From an uncultured Chloroflexia bacterium (GTDB lineage Bacteria > Chloroflexota > Anaerolineae > B4-G1 > SLSP01), in contig CAVVUS010000010.1 in NCBI GenBank assembly GCA_963751345.1, positions 192,001 through 256,000 on the forward strand: a stretch of DNA of 64,000 nucleotides, given 5' to 3'. Both the position numbers and the translations under genes were made by a program. The notes below the pieces were generated by a model that was not told the DNA's origin, did no database searches, and worked only from the letters and a program-made list of their open reading frames with translations. Shown here in pieces: positions 20,229 to 31,240 of this stretch. Within the stretch, counting starts at the first letter, position 1. Every line of letters begins with the position of its first letter.

Positions 20229-21605
20229 GTGATTAGCACGAACACCGGAATCTCTGGAAGGGAATTGCTGCTGAGGACCCTTCGCCATGAGCAGACTGAC
20301 CGCATCCCCTGGGTACCCTTTGCGGGCGTGCACGCCGGCAAGCTCGTGGGGTACTCGGGGCAGGAGCTCCTTACCGATAGTGACAAACTGATCGAGGCTC
20401 TCCTGGCTGTAAATCGTACCTACGACCCCGACGGACAGCCCGTGGTCTTCGACCTACAGATTGAGGCCGAGATCTTGGGGTGTGATCTTCTCTGGGCAGA
20501 CAAAGCGCCCCCCACCGTCGCTTCCCATCCGCTCGCGGCCTCGATGACCCTCCCCGATCGGTTGCCGGAGCCTTCAGATGGGCGCTTACCGATGATCCTG
20601 GACGCGATGCGGAGGATGAAGGCGGAAGTCGGTGGGCGGACGGCGCTCTACGGCTTGGTCACCGGCATCCTGACGCTGGCCTCCCACCTACGGGGCACCG
20701 AGATCTTCATGGATATGTACGATCATCCGGAGTACCTCGGGCAGTTGCTCGCCTTCAGCCGTGACGTCGCCAAGCGCATAGCAGCGTTCTACATCGAAGC
20801 GGGCATGGACGTCATCGCCATCGTGGACCCCCTGGTCTCCCAGATCTCTCCCCGCCATTTCCGAAAGCTGCTCTCCGAGCCCTATCAGGACGTCTTCGAT
20901 TTCATCCGGGAGCAGGGCGTCTTCTCCTCGTTCTTTGTGTGCGGGGATGCCACCAAGAACGTCGAGGTGATGTGCCAGACGGGTCCGGATTCAATCTCAA
21001 TCGACGAGAATATCGATCTCGCGGGGGCCAAGGAGATCACCGACCGCTACAATATCATCATTGGTGGCAATATCCCCCTGACTACCCACATGTTGTTGGG
21101 CAACCAGCAGGACAACATGAAATTCGTGGTTGACCTCCTCGACAAGATCGACCCGCGCAACTTCATCCTGGCACCGGGATGTGATATGCCGTACGACGTG
21201 CCCACCGAGAATGTGGTCGGTGTGGTGCAGGCCGTCAGGGACCCCGAAGGGACCCGGGCGATGCTGGCGAACTACCAGGCCGAGGAAATGGATCTGGACG
21301 CTGTGCATCTGCCCGACTATGCCAACCTTGACAAGCCTCTGGTCGAGGTGTTCACTCTGGATTCGGATACGTGTGCTGCGTGTGGCTACATGAAGGACGC
21401 GGCGCAGCGAGCAGCCCAGGAGTTGGGCGGGCGCGTGAACATGATCGAGTACAAATTCACAGAGAAGGCGAATGTGGCCCGCGTCGTGAAGATGGGAGTC
21501 AAGAACCTCCCGAGCATCTACATCAATGGAGAGTTGGCCTACTCCTCGCTGATCCCGAGCAACCGGGAGTTGGTCGAGAAAATCAAGCACCGTCTTGAGG
21601 AATAG
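20229..21605 (+). CDS. UroD/MtaA-family methylcobamide methyltransferase-like protein with C-terminal thioredoxin-like domain
   Basis: FDLQIEAEILGC, FFVCGD, GGNIP, LAPGCDMP; C-terminal TCAACGYM...GVKNLPSIYING thioredoxin-like fold. Confidence 0.85.
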   Translation: MISTNTGISGRELLLRTLRHEQTDRIPWVPFAGVHAGKLVGYSGQELLTDSDKLIEALLAVNRTYDPDGQPVVFDLQIEAEILGCDLLWADKAPPTVASHPLAASMTLPDRLPEPSDGRLPMILDAMRRMKAEVGGRTALYGLVTGILTLASHLRGTEIFMDMYDHPEYLGQLLAFSRDVAKRIAAFYIEAGMDVIAIVDPLVSQISPRHFRKLLSEPYQDVFDFIREQGVFSSFFVCGDATKNVEVMCQTGPDSISIDENIDLAGAKEITDRYNIIIGGNIPLTTHMLLGNQQDNMKFVVDLLDKIDPRNFILAPGCDMPYDVPTENVVGVVQAVRDPEGTRAMLANYQAEEMDLDAVHLPDYANLDKPLVEVFTLDSDTCAACGYMKDAAQRAAQELGGRVNMIEYKFTEKANVARVVKMGVKNLPSIYINGELAYSSLIPSNRELVEKIKHRLEE

Positions 21606-21606
21606 C

Positions 21607-22692
21607 TTGGATCTACATATCGTTGGGGGATTCCTGGGTAGCGGCAAAACGACCGCGATCATTGGTGCGGCAAAGCATCTCATGGCCCAGGGAAAGCGCG
21701 TTGGTGTCGTTACCAACGATCAAGGTCGGTATCTGGTGGATACGGCGTTCTTCAGGAGCGAGGCCGTTCCCGCCGTGGAGGTCACCGGAGGGTGCTTCTG
21801 CTGCAACTACGCCGACCTCGACGCACAATTGGCCCAACTCAAGGAGACGGCACAGCCGGACGTGATCTTCGCCGAATCGGTCGGGTCGTGTGCTGATATC
21901 GTGGCCACCGTCGTCAAGCCCCTACTGCAACTGCGCGAGTCTGCGGCGGGCACCCCGACCAGCTTCTCGGTCTTCGCCGATGCCCGGCTCCTGCGCCGGC
22001 GGCTGTTGGACCAGCCCATGCCCTTTGGTGACAACGTGACCTATCTCTTCGACAAACAGATCGAGGAAGCCGGGATCCTGGTGATCAATAAGCGGGATCT
22101 TCTCTCTGAGGAGGCTGTGGATGGGGTCGCGGTGTTGGCTCGCGAGCGTTTCCCCCACGCTTTGGTCCGCACGCAGAACTCGCTGGTTGAAGAGGAGGTC
22201 ATGGGGTGGATCGCTGCGATCGCACCGGGGCGAGCTCTATCTCCCGGTCGGTCGCTGGATATCGACTACGAGCGCTATGGTGCCGGTGAGGCGGCGCTGG
22301 CCTGGTTGGATGAGCGCCTGGTCTTTGAGATGTCCGAGGGCCGTGGTCGAGAGGTCGTGATTGGCTTTATGTCCGAATTGCTGCACACGTTGGAGCATCG
22401 CCGCCTCGCCATTGGGCACTTGAAGTTCATGGTGACGAGCGGGGGCGTTGAGGTCAAGATCAGCTTTCCGACGCTGGGCACAGACGATTGGAAGGCGGGA
22501 ATCCCGGAGTTGCCCGGCGGTCACGTCGAACTGATCGTCAATGCGCGCGTCGAGGCTCCTGCGCCGGTGCTGCGCCAACTCGTGCAGCAAGCCGCTGAGA
22601 GCACGGCAAGTGCGTTGGGTGTCACGTGCGAGGTTCACGATGTGGCTTCGTTCCACCCGGGGTTTCCGAGCCCGACACACCGCATCGGCTGA
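21607..22692 (+). CDS. CobW/G3E-family P-loop GTPase (metallochaperone)
   Basis: GGFLGSGKTT, VTNDQG, GGCFCC, AESVGSCAD, INKRD; TTG start at 21607. Confidence 0.9.
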   Translation: MDLHIVGGFLGSGKTTAIIGAAKHLMAQGKRVGVVTNDQGRYLVDTAFFRSEAVPAVEVTGGCFCCNYADLDAQLAQLKETAQPDVIFAESVGSCADIVATVVKPLLQLRESAAGTPTSFSVFADARLLRRRLLDQPMPFGDNVTYLFDKQIEEAGILVINKRDLLSEEAVDGVAVLARERFPHALVRTQNSLVEEEVMGWIAAIAPGRALSPGRSLDIDYERYGAGEAALAWLDERLVFEMSEGRGREVVIGFMSELLHTLEHRRLAIGHLKFMVTSGGVEVKISFPTLGTDDWKAGIPELPGGHVELIVNARVEAPAPVLRQLVQQAAESTASALGVTCEVHDVASFHPGFPSPTHRIG

Positions 22693-22790
22693 CCCTCACT
22701 CGTCTGTACCAGAATAGGGCGCGCGGCCCGAGGCGCGAAGGAGGCTACCGGTAGGGATAGATGTTGAGCATCGTGGTGAAGCGGTGGTTT

Positions 22791-22818
22791 TTGGATTTGA
22801 CTCTATTTGCTATATAAT
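22791..22818 (+). promoter_or_regulatory. sigma70-like promoter of the corrinoid protein gene
   Basis: TTGGAT-16nt-TATAAT. Confidence 0.55.
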
Positions 22819-22871
22819 ACTGGGCTAATGCTGGCCCGTCGTAAACACATCGGCTATTAGGAGGAAGCAGT

Positions 22872-23510
22872 ATGGCGAACAAGCTAGAAGTCATCCGCGA
22901 AGGCATCATGGATGGAGACATGCATTTGGTCGAAGATACCGTAAATGCAGCCCTGGAGGAGGGGATTTCCGCCCCCGAGATCCTGAACGAGGGTCTGATC
23001 AAGGCTATGGCCGAGGTGGGGCGCCTCTTCGAGGAGGGCGAGTACTTCGTCCCCGAGATGTTGATTGCCGCGCGTGCGATGAAGGCCGGACTGGCCATTC
23101 TCAAGCCAAAGCTGATCGACGCTGACGTCAAGCCCGTCGGCAGAGTGGCTGCCGGGACGGTCAAGGGTGACCTACACGACATCGGCAAGAACCTGGTCTG
23201 CATGATGCTGGAGGGCGCCGGTTTTGAGATCGTCGATCTCGGCACGGACGTCTCGCCTGACCAGTTCGTCGATGCCGTCCAGAACAAGGGCGTGCAGGTC
23301 ATCGCGATGTCGGCGCTGCTGACGACGACGATGCCGAATATGAAGAACACGGTGGATGCCCTGGAAGAGGCCGGGATTCGCGATTCGGTCAAGGTGATGA
23401 TCGGCGGCGCGCCGGTTACCCAAGCCTACGCCGACGAGATCGGCGCTGACGGCTATGCCCCCGACGCCAGCCGCGCTGCGACATTGGCCAAGCAGCTCTT
23501 GGGGGCCTAG
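22872..23510 (+). CDS. Methyltransferase-cognate corrinoid protein (MtbC/MttC-like)
   Basis: GEYFVPEMLIAARAM cap domain; GDLHDIGKNLV, SALLTTT and IGGAP B12-binding motifs. Confidence 0.95.
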   Translation: MANKLEVIREGIMDGDMHLVEDTVNAALEEGISAPEILNEGLIKAMAEVGRLFEEGEYFVPEMLIAARAMKAGLAILKPKLIDADVKPVGRVAAGTVKGDLHDIGKNLVCMMLEGAGFEIVDLGTDVSPDQFVDAVQNKGVQVIAMSALLTTTMPNMKNTVDALEEAGIRDSVKVMIGGAPVTQAYADEIGADGYAPDASRAATLAKQLLGA

Positions 23511-23593
23511 GCTCACACTCCCCTGCTTTACGACTCGACCCTGCGAAGGTGACCTGAGCGATCCATCGGGTTACCTTCGCAAGCTTTGTTGTC

Positions 23594-23989
23594 TCAGCCG
23601 GGTACCTGATAGAGCTCCAGTAGCACACCGTGGGCGCTCTTGGGGTGGACAAAGGCATACCGCGTGCCGTCAGGATGTTGCCTGATCTCGCTCACCATGC
23701 GAGCTCCCTCTTGTTCCAGTCGCGCAACGGTGGCCTCGATATCGTCCACCTGTAGGCAGACATGGTGTAGTCCCTCGCCCCGCTTCGCCAGGAAGCGCGC
23801 GATCGAGTTGTCCGGGTCAAGGGGCTCCACCAGCTCCAGTTGTGACTCGCCCATCGGTAGGAAAGCAATCTCGACTCCCTCTACCGGGACCTCGTGACGC
23901 TGCGCGACGTCCGCGCCCAGCGCGTCACGGTAGAACGCCAAGGCGTCGTCCAGGTCCTCGACCGCGATGGCGATGTGGTGGATGTGCAT
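23594..23989 (-). CDS. mce: Methylmalonyl-CoA epimerase (VOC family)
   Basis: HHIAIAV, LELVEP, IARFLAKRGEGLHHVC, FVHPKSAHGVLLEL. Confidence 0.9.
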   Translation of the reverse strand: MHIHHIAIAVEDLDDALAFYRDALGADVAQRHEVPVEGVEIAFLPMGESQLELVEPLDPDNSIARFLAKRGEGLHHVCLQVDDIEATVARLEQEGARMVSEIRQHPDGTRYAFVHPKSAHGVLLELYQVPG

Positions 23990-24069
23990 GGTATTCCCTC
24001 CCTCGATGTACGCTGCTTTGCCTCTATCGTAGCCGCCCTCATCGATTGTCAAGGAATGCAAGGGTGCAT

Positions 24070-24097
24070 TTGACTCATGCAGTCCGGGCCTTATACT
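24070..24097 (+). promoter_or_regulatory. sigma70-like promoter
   Basis: TTGACT-16nt-TATACT. Confidence 0.65.
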
Positions 24098-24126
24098 CCC
24101 CATAGCAACCCAGCGGAGGTGGAGGC

Positions 24127-24780
24127 ATGTTTCATGAGGCCGATCGGGTTCTGGTCGGTGTGATGACCGACACCCGCGATTTCCACGTGGCGCGGGACGA
24201 GGGTTGGTATCGCGTGCCGGTCCGACACGCTCCCGAGTCCGTCATGGATGCTGCCGTGCTGGCATTTTACTTCACGGCCGCATTCGAAGATGAGAAGTGG
24301 GCCATCCACTGGTATGCAGAGGTCAGGGGGCATGAGCTCGTGCTGCGCCGGGACCTTTTCCCCGATGCCGCCGATCACCCGCACGCCGATCATCGTTACT
24401 TCAAGATGCAGATTGGCCCGCTGATCCGGCGTGAGCCCCCCATACCCAGCCTGCGATGGCGTAGGATCAGCTTCATTTCCACAAGTTGGGACAGGTTCTC
24501 CGCGGCGGAAGAGGTCAACGATCTCTACGAGTCAGGGGCGGATGGTCTGTACGTAACGCTCAAGGAGAGCGGATTCTTCCCCGAACGTGAGTATCTGATC
24601 CGAGACGACGCCGAGACCTATACCGCAGATCTGGCCGTGCCCTGCAAGGATGGCGTGGTCAAGGTTGTATGGGGCAGCGGACCCGCCCCCAGCGATGCCC
24701 TCCGCAATCCCAACGCCGACATGGTTCGCCGGGAGGTCGCGCGGCTTGGAGGGCCCCTCATGCCCCCGACGGGCATATAA
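24127..24780 (+). CDS. Hypothetical protein; PUA/EVE-like N-terminal domain plus degenerate DUF559-like C-terminus (tentative)
   Basis: RVLVGVM...GWYRVP...LAFYF...YAEV N-terminus; EREY...YTADLAVPC C-terminus; strong RBS GGAGG. Confidence 0.55.
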   Translation: MFHEADRVLVGVMTDTRDFHVARDEGWYRVPVRHAPESVMDAAVLAFYFTAAFEDEKWAIHWYAEVRGHELVLRRDLFPDAADHPHADHRYFKMQIGPLIRREPPIPSLRWRRISFISTSWDRFSAAEEVNDLYESGADGLYVTLKESGFFPEREYLIRDDAETYTADLAVPCKDGVVKVVWGSGPAPSDALRNPNADMVRREVARLGGPLMPPTGI

Positions 24781-24797
24781 GTCGCTCAGCGTTTGCC

Positions 24798-25670
24798 GTG
24801 CCCTTTCGAAATCTCACTCCGACCTGCTGGGTCGCACAAAGCCCCACCTTCGCGACGAATACCGGCCTTTTCATCGCCGACGATGAAGCGTACCTCGTAG
24901 ATCCCGGCATTGCGCCTGCCGAGCTCGATGCAATCGAGGCCTTTGTCGCGGCTCGAGGTGCAGCGGTGCGGGGCATCATATTGACCCACGCGCATTGGGA
25001 CCACCTCTTGGGTCCATCCAGGTTCCCATCCGCTACCGTTATCGCCCACGCGGCCTATGGGGCTGTCGTCCGACAGCATGGGGCGGACCTCCAACGTCAG
25101 GTGATGCATTGGCGATCCTCAATTGCAGGGCCGGGAAAGCTGCAGCCTTTCATACCCCCCAGGCCCGACATCACCTTCCAACAGCGCCTCACGGTGCATC
25201 TGGGCTCTCTTTCACTGACCGTGCTCCACGCGCCGGGGCATGCGCCGGATCACTGTGCGGTCTACGAGCCCTCAGCCGGGCTGTTGTGGGCCGGCGACAT
25301 GCTCAGTGACCTCGAAGTGCCGATGCCTATGTGGCGATTCTCTGCCTATCGTGCCACACTGCGCCACCTCTCGGAGTTGGACGTCAGGATTCTGGTGCCC
25401 GGGCACGGCACGCCAACCGGTGATCCGGACGTCATCTCTGGTCGTTTCAGTCAAGATCAGGCATACTTAGCGGCAGTGCAGACCTGTGTCTCGCGCGAGG
25501 TCGACCGCGCGGCATCTTTGGCTGAGGTTGTGGGGATGTGCTGCGGGGTTCCCTTTGCCCAGCCGGATGACTACCCCCACGCCCGCGAGTGGAATATCGA
25601 GCAAGCGTACCTGGAGGCGGGGGGGAAGGCTGCGGGTGTTGTGGGATGGGAAAAGGACTGGATAACGTAG
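24798..25670 (+). CDS. MBL-fold metallo-hydrolase
   Basis: VDPG, THAHWDH, PGHAPDH, AGDML, VPGHG. Confidence 0.9.
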   Translation: MPFRNLTPTCWVAQSPTFATNTGLFIADDEAYLVDPGIAPAELDAIEAFVAARGAAVRGIILTHAHWDHLLGPSRFPSATVIAHAAYGAVVRQHGADLQRQVMHWRSSIAGPGKLQPFIPPRPDITFQQRLTVHLGSLSLTVLHAPGHAPDHCAVYEPSAGLLWAGDMLSDLEVPMPMWRFSAYRATLRHLSELDVRILVPGHGTPTGDPDVISGRFSQDQAYLAAVQTCVSREVDRAASLAEVVGMCCGVPFAQPDDYPHAREWNIEQAYLEAGGKAAGVVGWEKDWIT

Positions 25671-25678
25671 GAGAGGGT

Positions 25679-26533
25679 ATGCTGACTTTGGAGCATGTGG
25701 AGGCGTATCGCACACGGACCTATCGTATGACCGATGAACTGCGAGTCAGGTCGAAGGAGGAGGCGATCCGGTTCGTCGACGCGCGTGGATATGTGATGTT
25801 CTGGCCGATCAAGGATATCGTGATGCCGAGCCTTTGGTCTGCGGTGGCGGGCGACCGCCCCGTCGCCGACGCTCACGATGATCCCGGTCACGTGACGTGG
25901 GGCTGGAAAGACTCGCTGCTCAGCGAACGGCGTTGGTACTATGGCAAGGTTCTCCGTCGGAGGGCGACCATCATCTCGCTTGGGGTTGCCCCCCTATTCT
26001 ACGCGCTCAGCGAGAATTTCGGCTCCCCGGAGGAGGACTATCTCGACCAGTACCGCGATGGCACCATGACGGCCGAGGCGAAGAGCATCTACGAGACCCT
26101 GCTGCAGGAGGGGCCGCTCAATTCCGTGGCGCTTCGCCGTGCCGCTTCGATGGCCGGCAACTCGTCGAGTTACCGGTTCAACAAGGGATTGGACGAGCTC
26201 CAGGCAGATTTCAAGGTGCTGCCGATCGGTGTTGCGCAGGCAGGTGCGTGGAACTACGCCTTCATCTACGAATGCGTCCACCGGTACTATCCGGAGCTGC
26301 TCGAACAAGCGCGGGCGTACAAGATCAGTCAGGCCCAGCAGCGACTGCTCAAGCTCTACCTGCGCTCCGTGGGGGCTGCCACCTTTGGGGACATCGTCAA
26401 GGTCTTCTGGTGGCCCAAGCGCGAGGTCGAGAGTGCCCTGGCCGCGCTCTCCGCGGAAGGGCAGGTGGTACGGGATCTGCATATCGACGGGCAGACGGGT
26501 GAGTGGGTGTCGCTTCCCGAGCTTGCATCCTAG
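25679..26533 (+). CDS. AlkZ/YcaQ-like winged-helix DNA-binding protein (putative crosslink-repair glycosylase family)
   Basis: PSLWSAV...TWGWKD...YYGK, winged-helix segment, YLRSVGAA C-terminal pattern. Confidence 0.65.
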   Translation: MLTLEHVEAYRTRTYRMTDELRVRSKEEAIRFVDARGYVMFWPIKDIVMPSLWSAVAGDRPVADAHDDPGHVTWGWKDSLLSERRWYYGKVLRRRATIISLGVAPLFYALSENFGSPEEDYLDQYRDGTMTAEAKSIYETLLQEGPLNSVALRRAASMAGNSSSYRFNKGLDELQADFKVLPIGVAQAGAWNYAFIYECVHRYYPELLEQARAYKISQAQQRLLKLYLRSVGAATFGDIVKVFWWPKREVESALAALSAEGQVVRDLHIDGQTGEWVSLPELAS

Positions 26534-26662
26534 TGGTCAGCTAAACTGATTCGTGGGGACTGTCATCCTGAACGAAGTGAAGGATCTATGCCTCGCAAGG
26601 GTAAGATCCTTCGCCTGCGGCTCAGGATGACGACTCTAGTCTTCAACCTAACTATCCACTAG
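26530..26662. mobile_element. MITE-like element: imperfect terminal inverted repeats enclosing REP-like palindrome copy 2
   Basis: CTAGTGGTCAGCTAAACTGA...TCAACCTAACTATCCACTAG (14/20 inverted match) around GTCATCCTGAACGAAGTGAAGGATCT...AGATCCTTCGCCTGCGGCTCAGGATGAC. Confidence 0.6.
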
Positions 26663-26678
26663 CGGTAAGGAGCTGGTC

Positions 26679-27138
26679 ATGGATGACAAGGATGTAGTAG
26701 AGCAGGTCGAACTGCCGGCATCGGAGCCCGTTGCCGGTCGCGGACTAGAGCCCACGGAGGCGCGGACCGCGCAAGGTGAATCTCGATGCGTTGTTCGGGG
26801 CGACGGCCCTGGTATGGATGGGCGTTGTGCTTCTGGCCTCCAACTTGGGCTATCTTGGCTGGTTCACGTACCAGGGCGGAAGGCTGGCGTGGGATCTACC
26901 GTTCCGACCGGCTGCGTGGCGGCTGGTCTTCCTGGGTGTAGCGGTGATTGTCGGGGCTGAGATCGCCGTGCGTTTGCTCGTTCCCCGATATCGCCGGAAT
27001 GTCCTGGGTTACACGATCCTCGTGATTGTCTTCGTCTCGCTTGGCCTGGGCTACGTCAATGTCATCTGGCCGGCGATCCTGATCGTGCTGGGCGCCGCGT
27101 TGATGCTGCGCAGACGACGCGGTAGGTCCGAGGAGTAG
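26679..27138 (+). CDS. Small multi-TM membrane protein; probable frameshift near 26770 or start at 26776
   Basis: RBS AAGGAG before ATG 26679; hydrophobic helices and WPAILIVLG in ORF 26776-27138. Confidence 0.6.
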
Positions 27139-27260
27139 CGGACCGACCTCGGTACTATCTGGGCGCTCTGGGCATCTATCCGGGAGAGACTATCATCATC
27201 ATTGACGGCGAAGGCGAGCCGGAACGATGAGCGCCGGACAGACGCGCCGTTTTTCGTTGC

Positions 27261-27288
27261 TTGACATCTGGCACGCTGCCCCTATAAT
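27261..27288 (+). promoter_or_regulatory. Consensus sigma70 promoter of the aspS-gatCAB leader
   Basis: TTGACA-16nt-TATAAT. Confidence 0.85.
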
Positions 27289-27347
27289 CTAGGCTAATGG
27301 ACTCGGTGGCAGCGAATCGTCCAATTCTCATAGGAGGCACGTGCTCG

Positions 27348-27425
27348 ATGTTGTTGTTGAATCAGTACCAGCAGATCAACGATAACGATAATCCCGGCGT
27401 GCGCCTGTGGGAGGGTCGAGCCTAG
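27348..27425 (+). CDS. Asn/Gln/Asp-rich attenuator leader peptide MLLLNQYQQINDNDNPGVRLWEGRA
   Basis: RBS AGGAGG at 27332-27337; 9 of codons 5-15 are N/Q/D; overlaps the antiterminator sequence. Confidence 0.8.
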   Translation: MLLLNQYQQINDNDNPGVRLWEGRA

Positions 27426-27450
27426 CCGCTCAGAAACTAGCCAAGGACCC

Positions 27451-27539
27451 AAGCCACGGGCGCACGCAGGTGCTCGTGGCTTTTTTCGTGCTTCAGTCTA
27501 GCGAAAGCCACGGACCGGCGTAAGAGCCCGTGGCTTTTT
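27451..27539 (+). terminator. Two tandem intrinsic terminators (attenuator) upstream of aspS
   Basis: AAGCCACGGGCGC...GTGCTCGTGGCTTTTTT (27451-27486) and AAAGCCACGG...CCGTGGCTTTTT (27504-27539). Confidence 0.85.
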
Positions 27540-27571
27540 GCATAACTCGGGCACAAGAGGGGGGATGTCGA

Positions 27572-29348
27572 ATGGAGAAACGGACGCATCGATGCGGGGC
27601 CTTGCGGTCGGAGCACATCGGTCAGCACGTCACGCTGATGGGGTGGGTGCGCACGCGACGTGATCATGGTTGGCTGATCTTCCTCGATCTATGGGATCGC
27701 GAGGGCGTGACCCAGATTGTCGCCGATCCCAACGATTCCGCCGATGCCCACGCGGTGGCTGGGGACCTCAGGGATGAGTATGTCATCGCCGTAAGCGGCG
27801 TGGTGCGCGCGCGACCACAGGGCACGGAGAACCCCAGCCTGGCCACCGGAGAGATCGAGGTGGTCGCCAACGCTATCGAGATCCTGAACGCCACGACGCC
27901 GCTCCCCTTTCCCGTCGAAGATGCGCCGAAGGTGGATGAGGTGGTACGTTACCGTTACCGCTACCTGGACCTTCGGCGTGAGGCGATGCAGCGGAACTTT
28001 CGGCTCCGCCATCGCGTGGTCAAGACGCTGCGTGATTTCCTGGACACAGAGGGCTTCCTGGAGGTTGAGACGCCGGTCTTGACCCGGAGCACGCCCGAGG
28101 GTGCCCGAGACTACCTGGTGCCCAGCAGGATTCATCCCGGTGAGTTCTACGCGTTGCCGCAGTCGCCCCAGCAGATGAAACAGTTGCTGATGGTCGCCGG
28201 CGTGGACCGCTACTATCAGGTGGCGCGCTGCTTTCGCGATGAGGACCTCCGGGCCGACCGCCAGCCCGAGTTCACGCAGTTGGACCTGGAGATGAGCTTT
28301 GTCGAGCAGGAGGACGTCCTTTCCATGGTCGAGGCGATGGTCCGTGAGATCGTCGCGACGGCGGCGCCCGACCGTCCTCTGGCGACGACGCCCTTCCTCC
28401 GGCTGACCTACGACGAGGCGATGGCGCGGTACGGGACGGACAAGCCCGATCTGCGTTTCGGCATGGCCTTCGTCGACTGCTCGGCGATTCTGTCAGAGAG
28501 TGAGGTGCGGATCTTCCGGGACGTCACCGCGGGGGGCGGGGCCGTCAAGGGATTCCGCGCTTCGGGGTACGGCGCGACCTCTGCGACGGAGCTGGAGACG
28601 CTGCAGACGTTGAGCAAGGAGTTGGGCGCCCAGGGCGTGATCTGGTTCCGCGTTCGGGACGGCGGGTTGGACGCTCCTGTTGCGCGCCATCTCAGCGCCG
28701 AGGAGCAGCGGGCGCTGATCGAGGCCTTCGACGCCGGGGATGGGGACCTGCTGCTGCTGGTGGCAGGTGCCCTCGACGTCGTCAACGGCGCGCTCGACGG
28801 GCTGCGTCGGGAAATGGGTCTACGTCTGGGTCTGATCGATTCGGGAGCCCTGGCCTTCGCCTGGGTGGTTGACTTTCCCGCTCTTCAAATGGGACGCAGA
28901 CAATCACCGTTGGGATTCGGAGCACCATCCGTTTACCAGCCCGCGACCGGAGGATCTTGCGACACTTGAGTCGGATCCGGGTGGGGCACGCGCCAGTTGC
29001 TACGATCTGGTCTGTAACGGTTGGGAACTCGGGTCGGGCTCGATCAGGATCCATCAGCGGGCGCTTCAGGAACGCGTGCTCAAGTTGTTGGCTTACACGC
29101 CCGAGGAGGCAGAGGCCAGCTTTGGTCACTTGATGGAGGCCTTCGAGTATGGCGCGCCGCCGCACGGTGGGTTCGCTGTGGGCATCGATCGCCTCGTCGC
29201 GATATTGGCCGGGACTGACACGATCCGGGATGTGATTGCCTTCCCGAAAACGCGTCAAGCCACCGACCTGACGATGCGCGCGCCGGCGCCCGTCACGGCT
29301 GCCCAACTGGAGGAAATCCACATCCGGATTGCAGGACGCCGCCGTTAG
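27572..29348 (+). CDS. aspS: Aspartate-tRNA ligase, probably non-discriminating; +1 frameshift at about 28875-28880
   Basis: [46 protein letters not shown]; continues in ORF 28869-29348 (HHPFT, GAPPHGG, GIDRL, VIAFPK). Confidence 0.95.
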
Positions 29349-29423
29349 GGGACAGCCCAAAGATCAAGTTAGCTGAGCACCAACGTGGCGGGAGGAAGGG
29401 CATTTAGGGACGAGGAGGTAGAG

Positions 29424-29747
29424 ATGACAACCCCTGACGAAGGGCACGTGATCGATCAAGCGTTGGTCGAGCACGTCGCTTTCCTGATTCGACTGGCGTT
29501 GACGGATGACGAAGTGGAGACCTTTACCGAGCAGTTGAGCACGATCGTGGGGTACTTCGATCGGCTGGCCGAGGTCGATGTGACCGACGTGCCACCGTAT
29601 CGCCAAGCTCAGATGGGACGTGCACGCCTCCGTGACGACGAGGTGAGGCCTTCGATGGCCCGCGAGGACTTCCTGGCAAATGCGCCACAACAACAGGATG
29701 GGTTTGTGCGTGTTCCCGTCGTCCTGGATGTTCCTGACGAAGGCTGA
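29424..29747 (+). CDS. gatC: Asp/Glu-tRNA amidotransferase subunit C
   Basis: VEHVAFLIRLAL, LAEVDVTDVPP, LRDDEV, LANAP...FVRVPVV; RBS GAGGAGG. Confidence 0.92.
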   Translation: MTTPDEGHVIDQALVEHVAFLIRLALTDDEVETFTEQLSTIVGYFDRLAEVDVTDVPPYRQAQMGRARLRDDEVRPSMAREDFLANAPQQQDGFVRVPVVLDVPDEG

Positions 29748-29756
29748 GGAGGCGCC

Positions 29757-31236
<1,480 letters not shown>

Positions 31237-31240
31237 CGCC

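Noticed and set aside
27298-27320. GGTGGCAGCG as a T-box antiterminator upstream of aspS
   Set aside because: It lacks the UGGNACC bulge consensus and lies within about 15 nt of the predicted TSS, leaving no room for Stem I or the specifier loop.
27341-27385. Alternative uORF from GTG 27341 (MLDVVVESVPADQR)
   Set aside because: Only 3 nt from the RBS, and its codons are unrelated to the operon. The ATG 27348 frame fits better.
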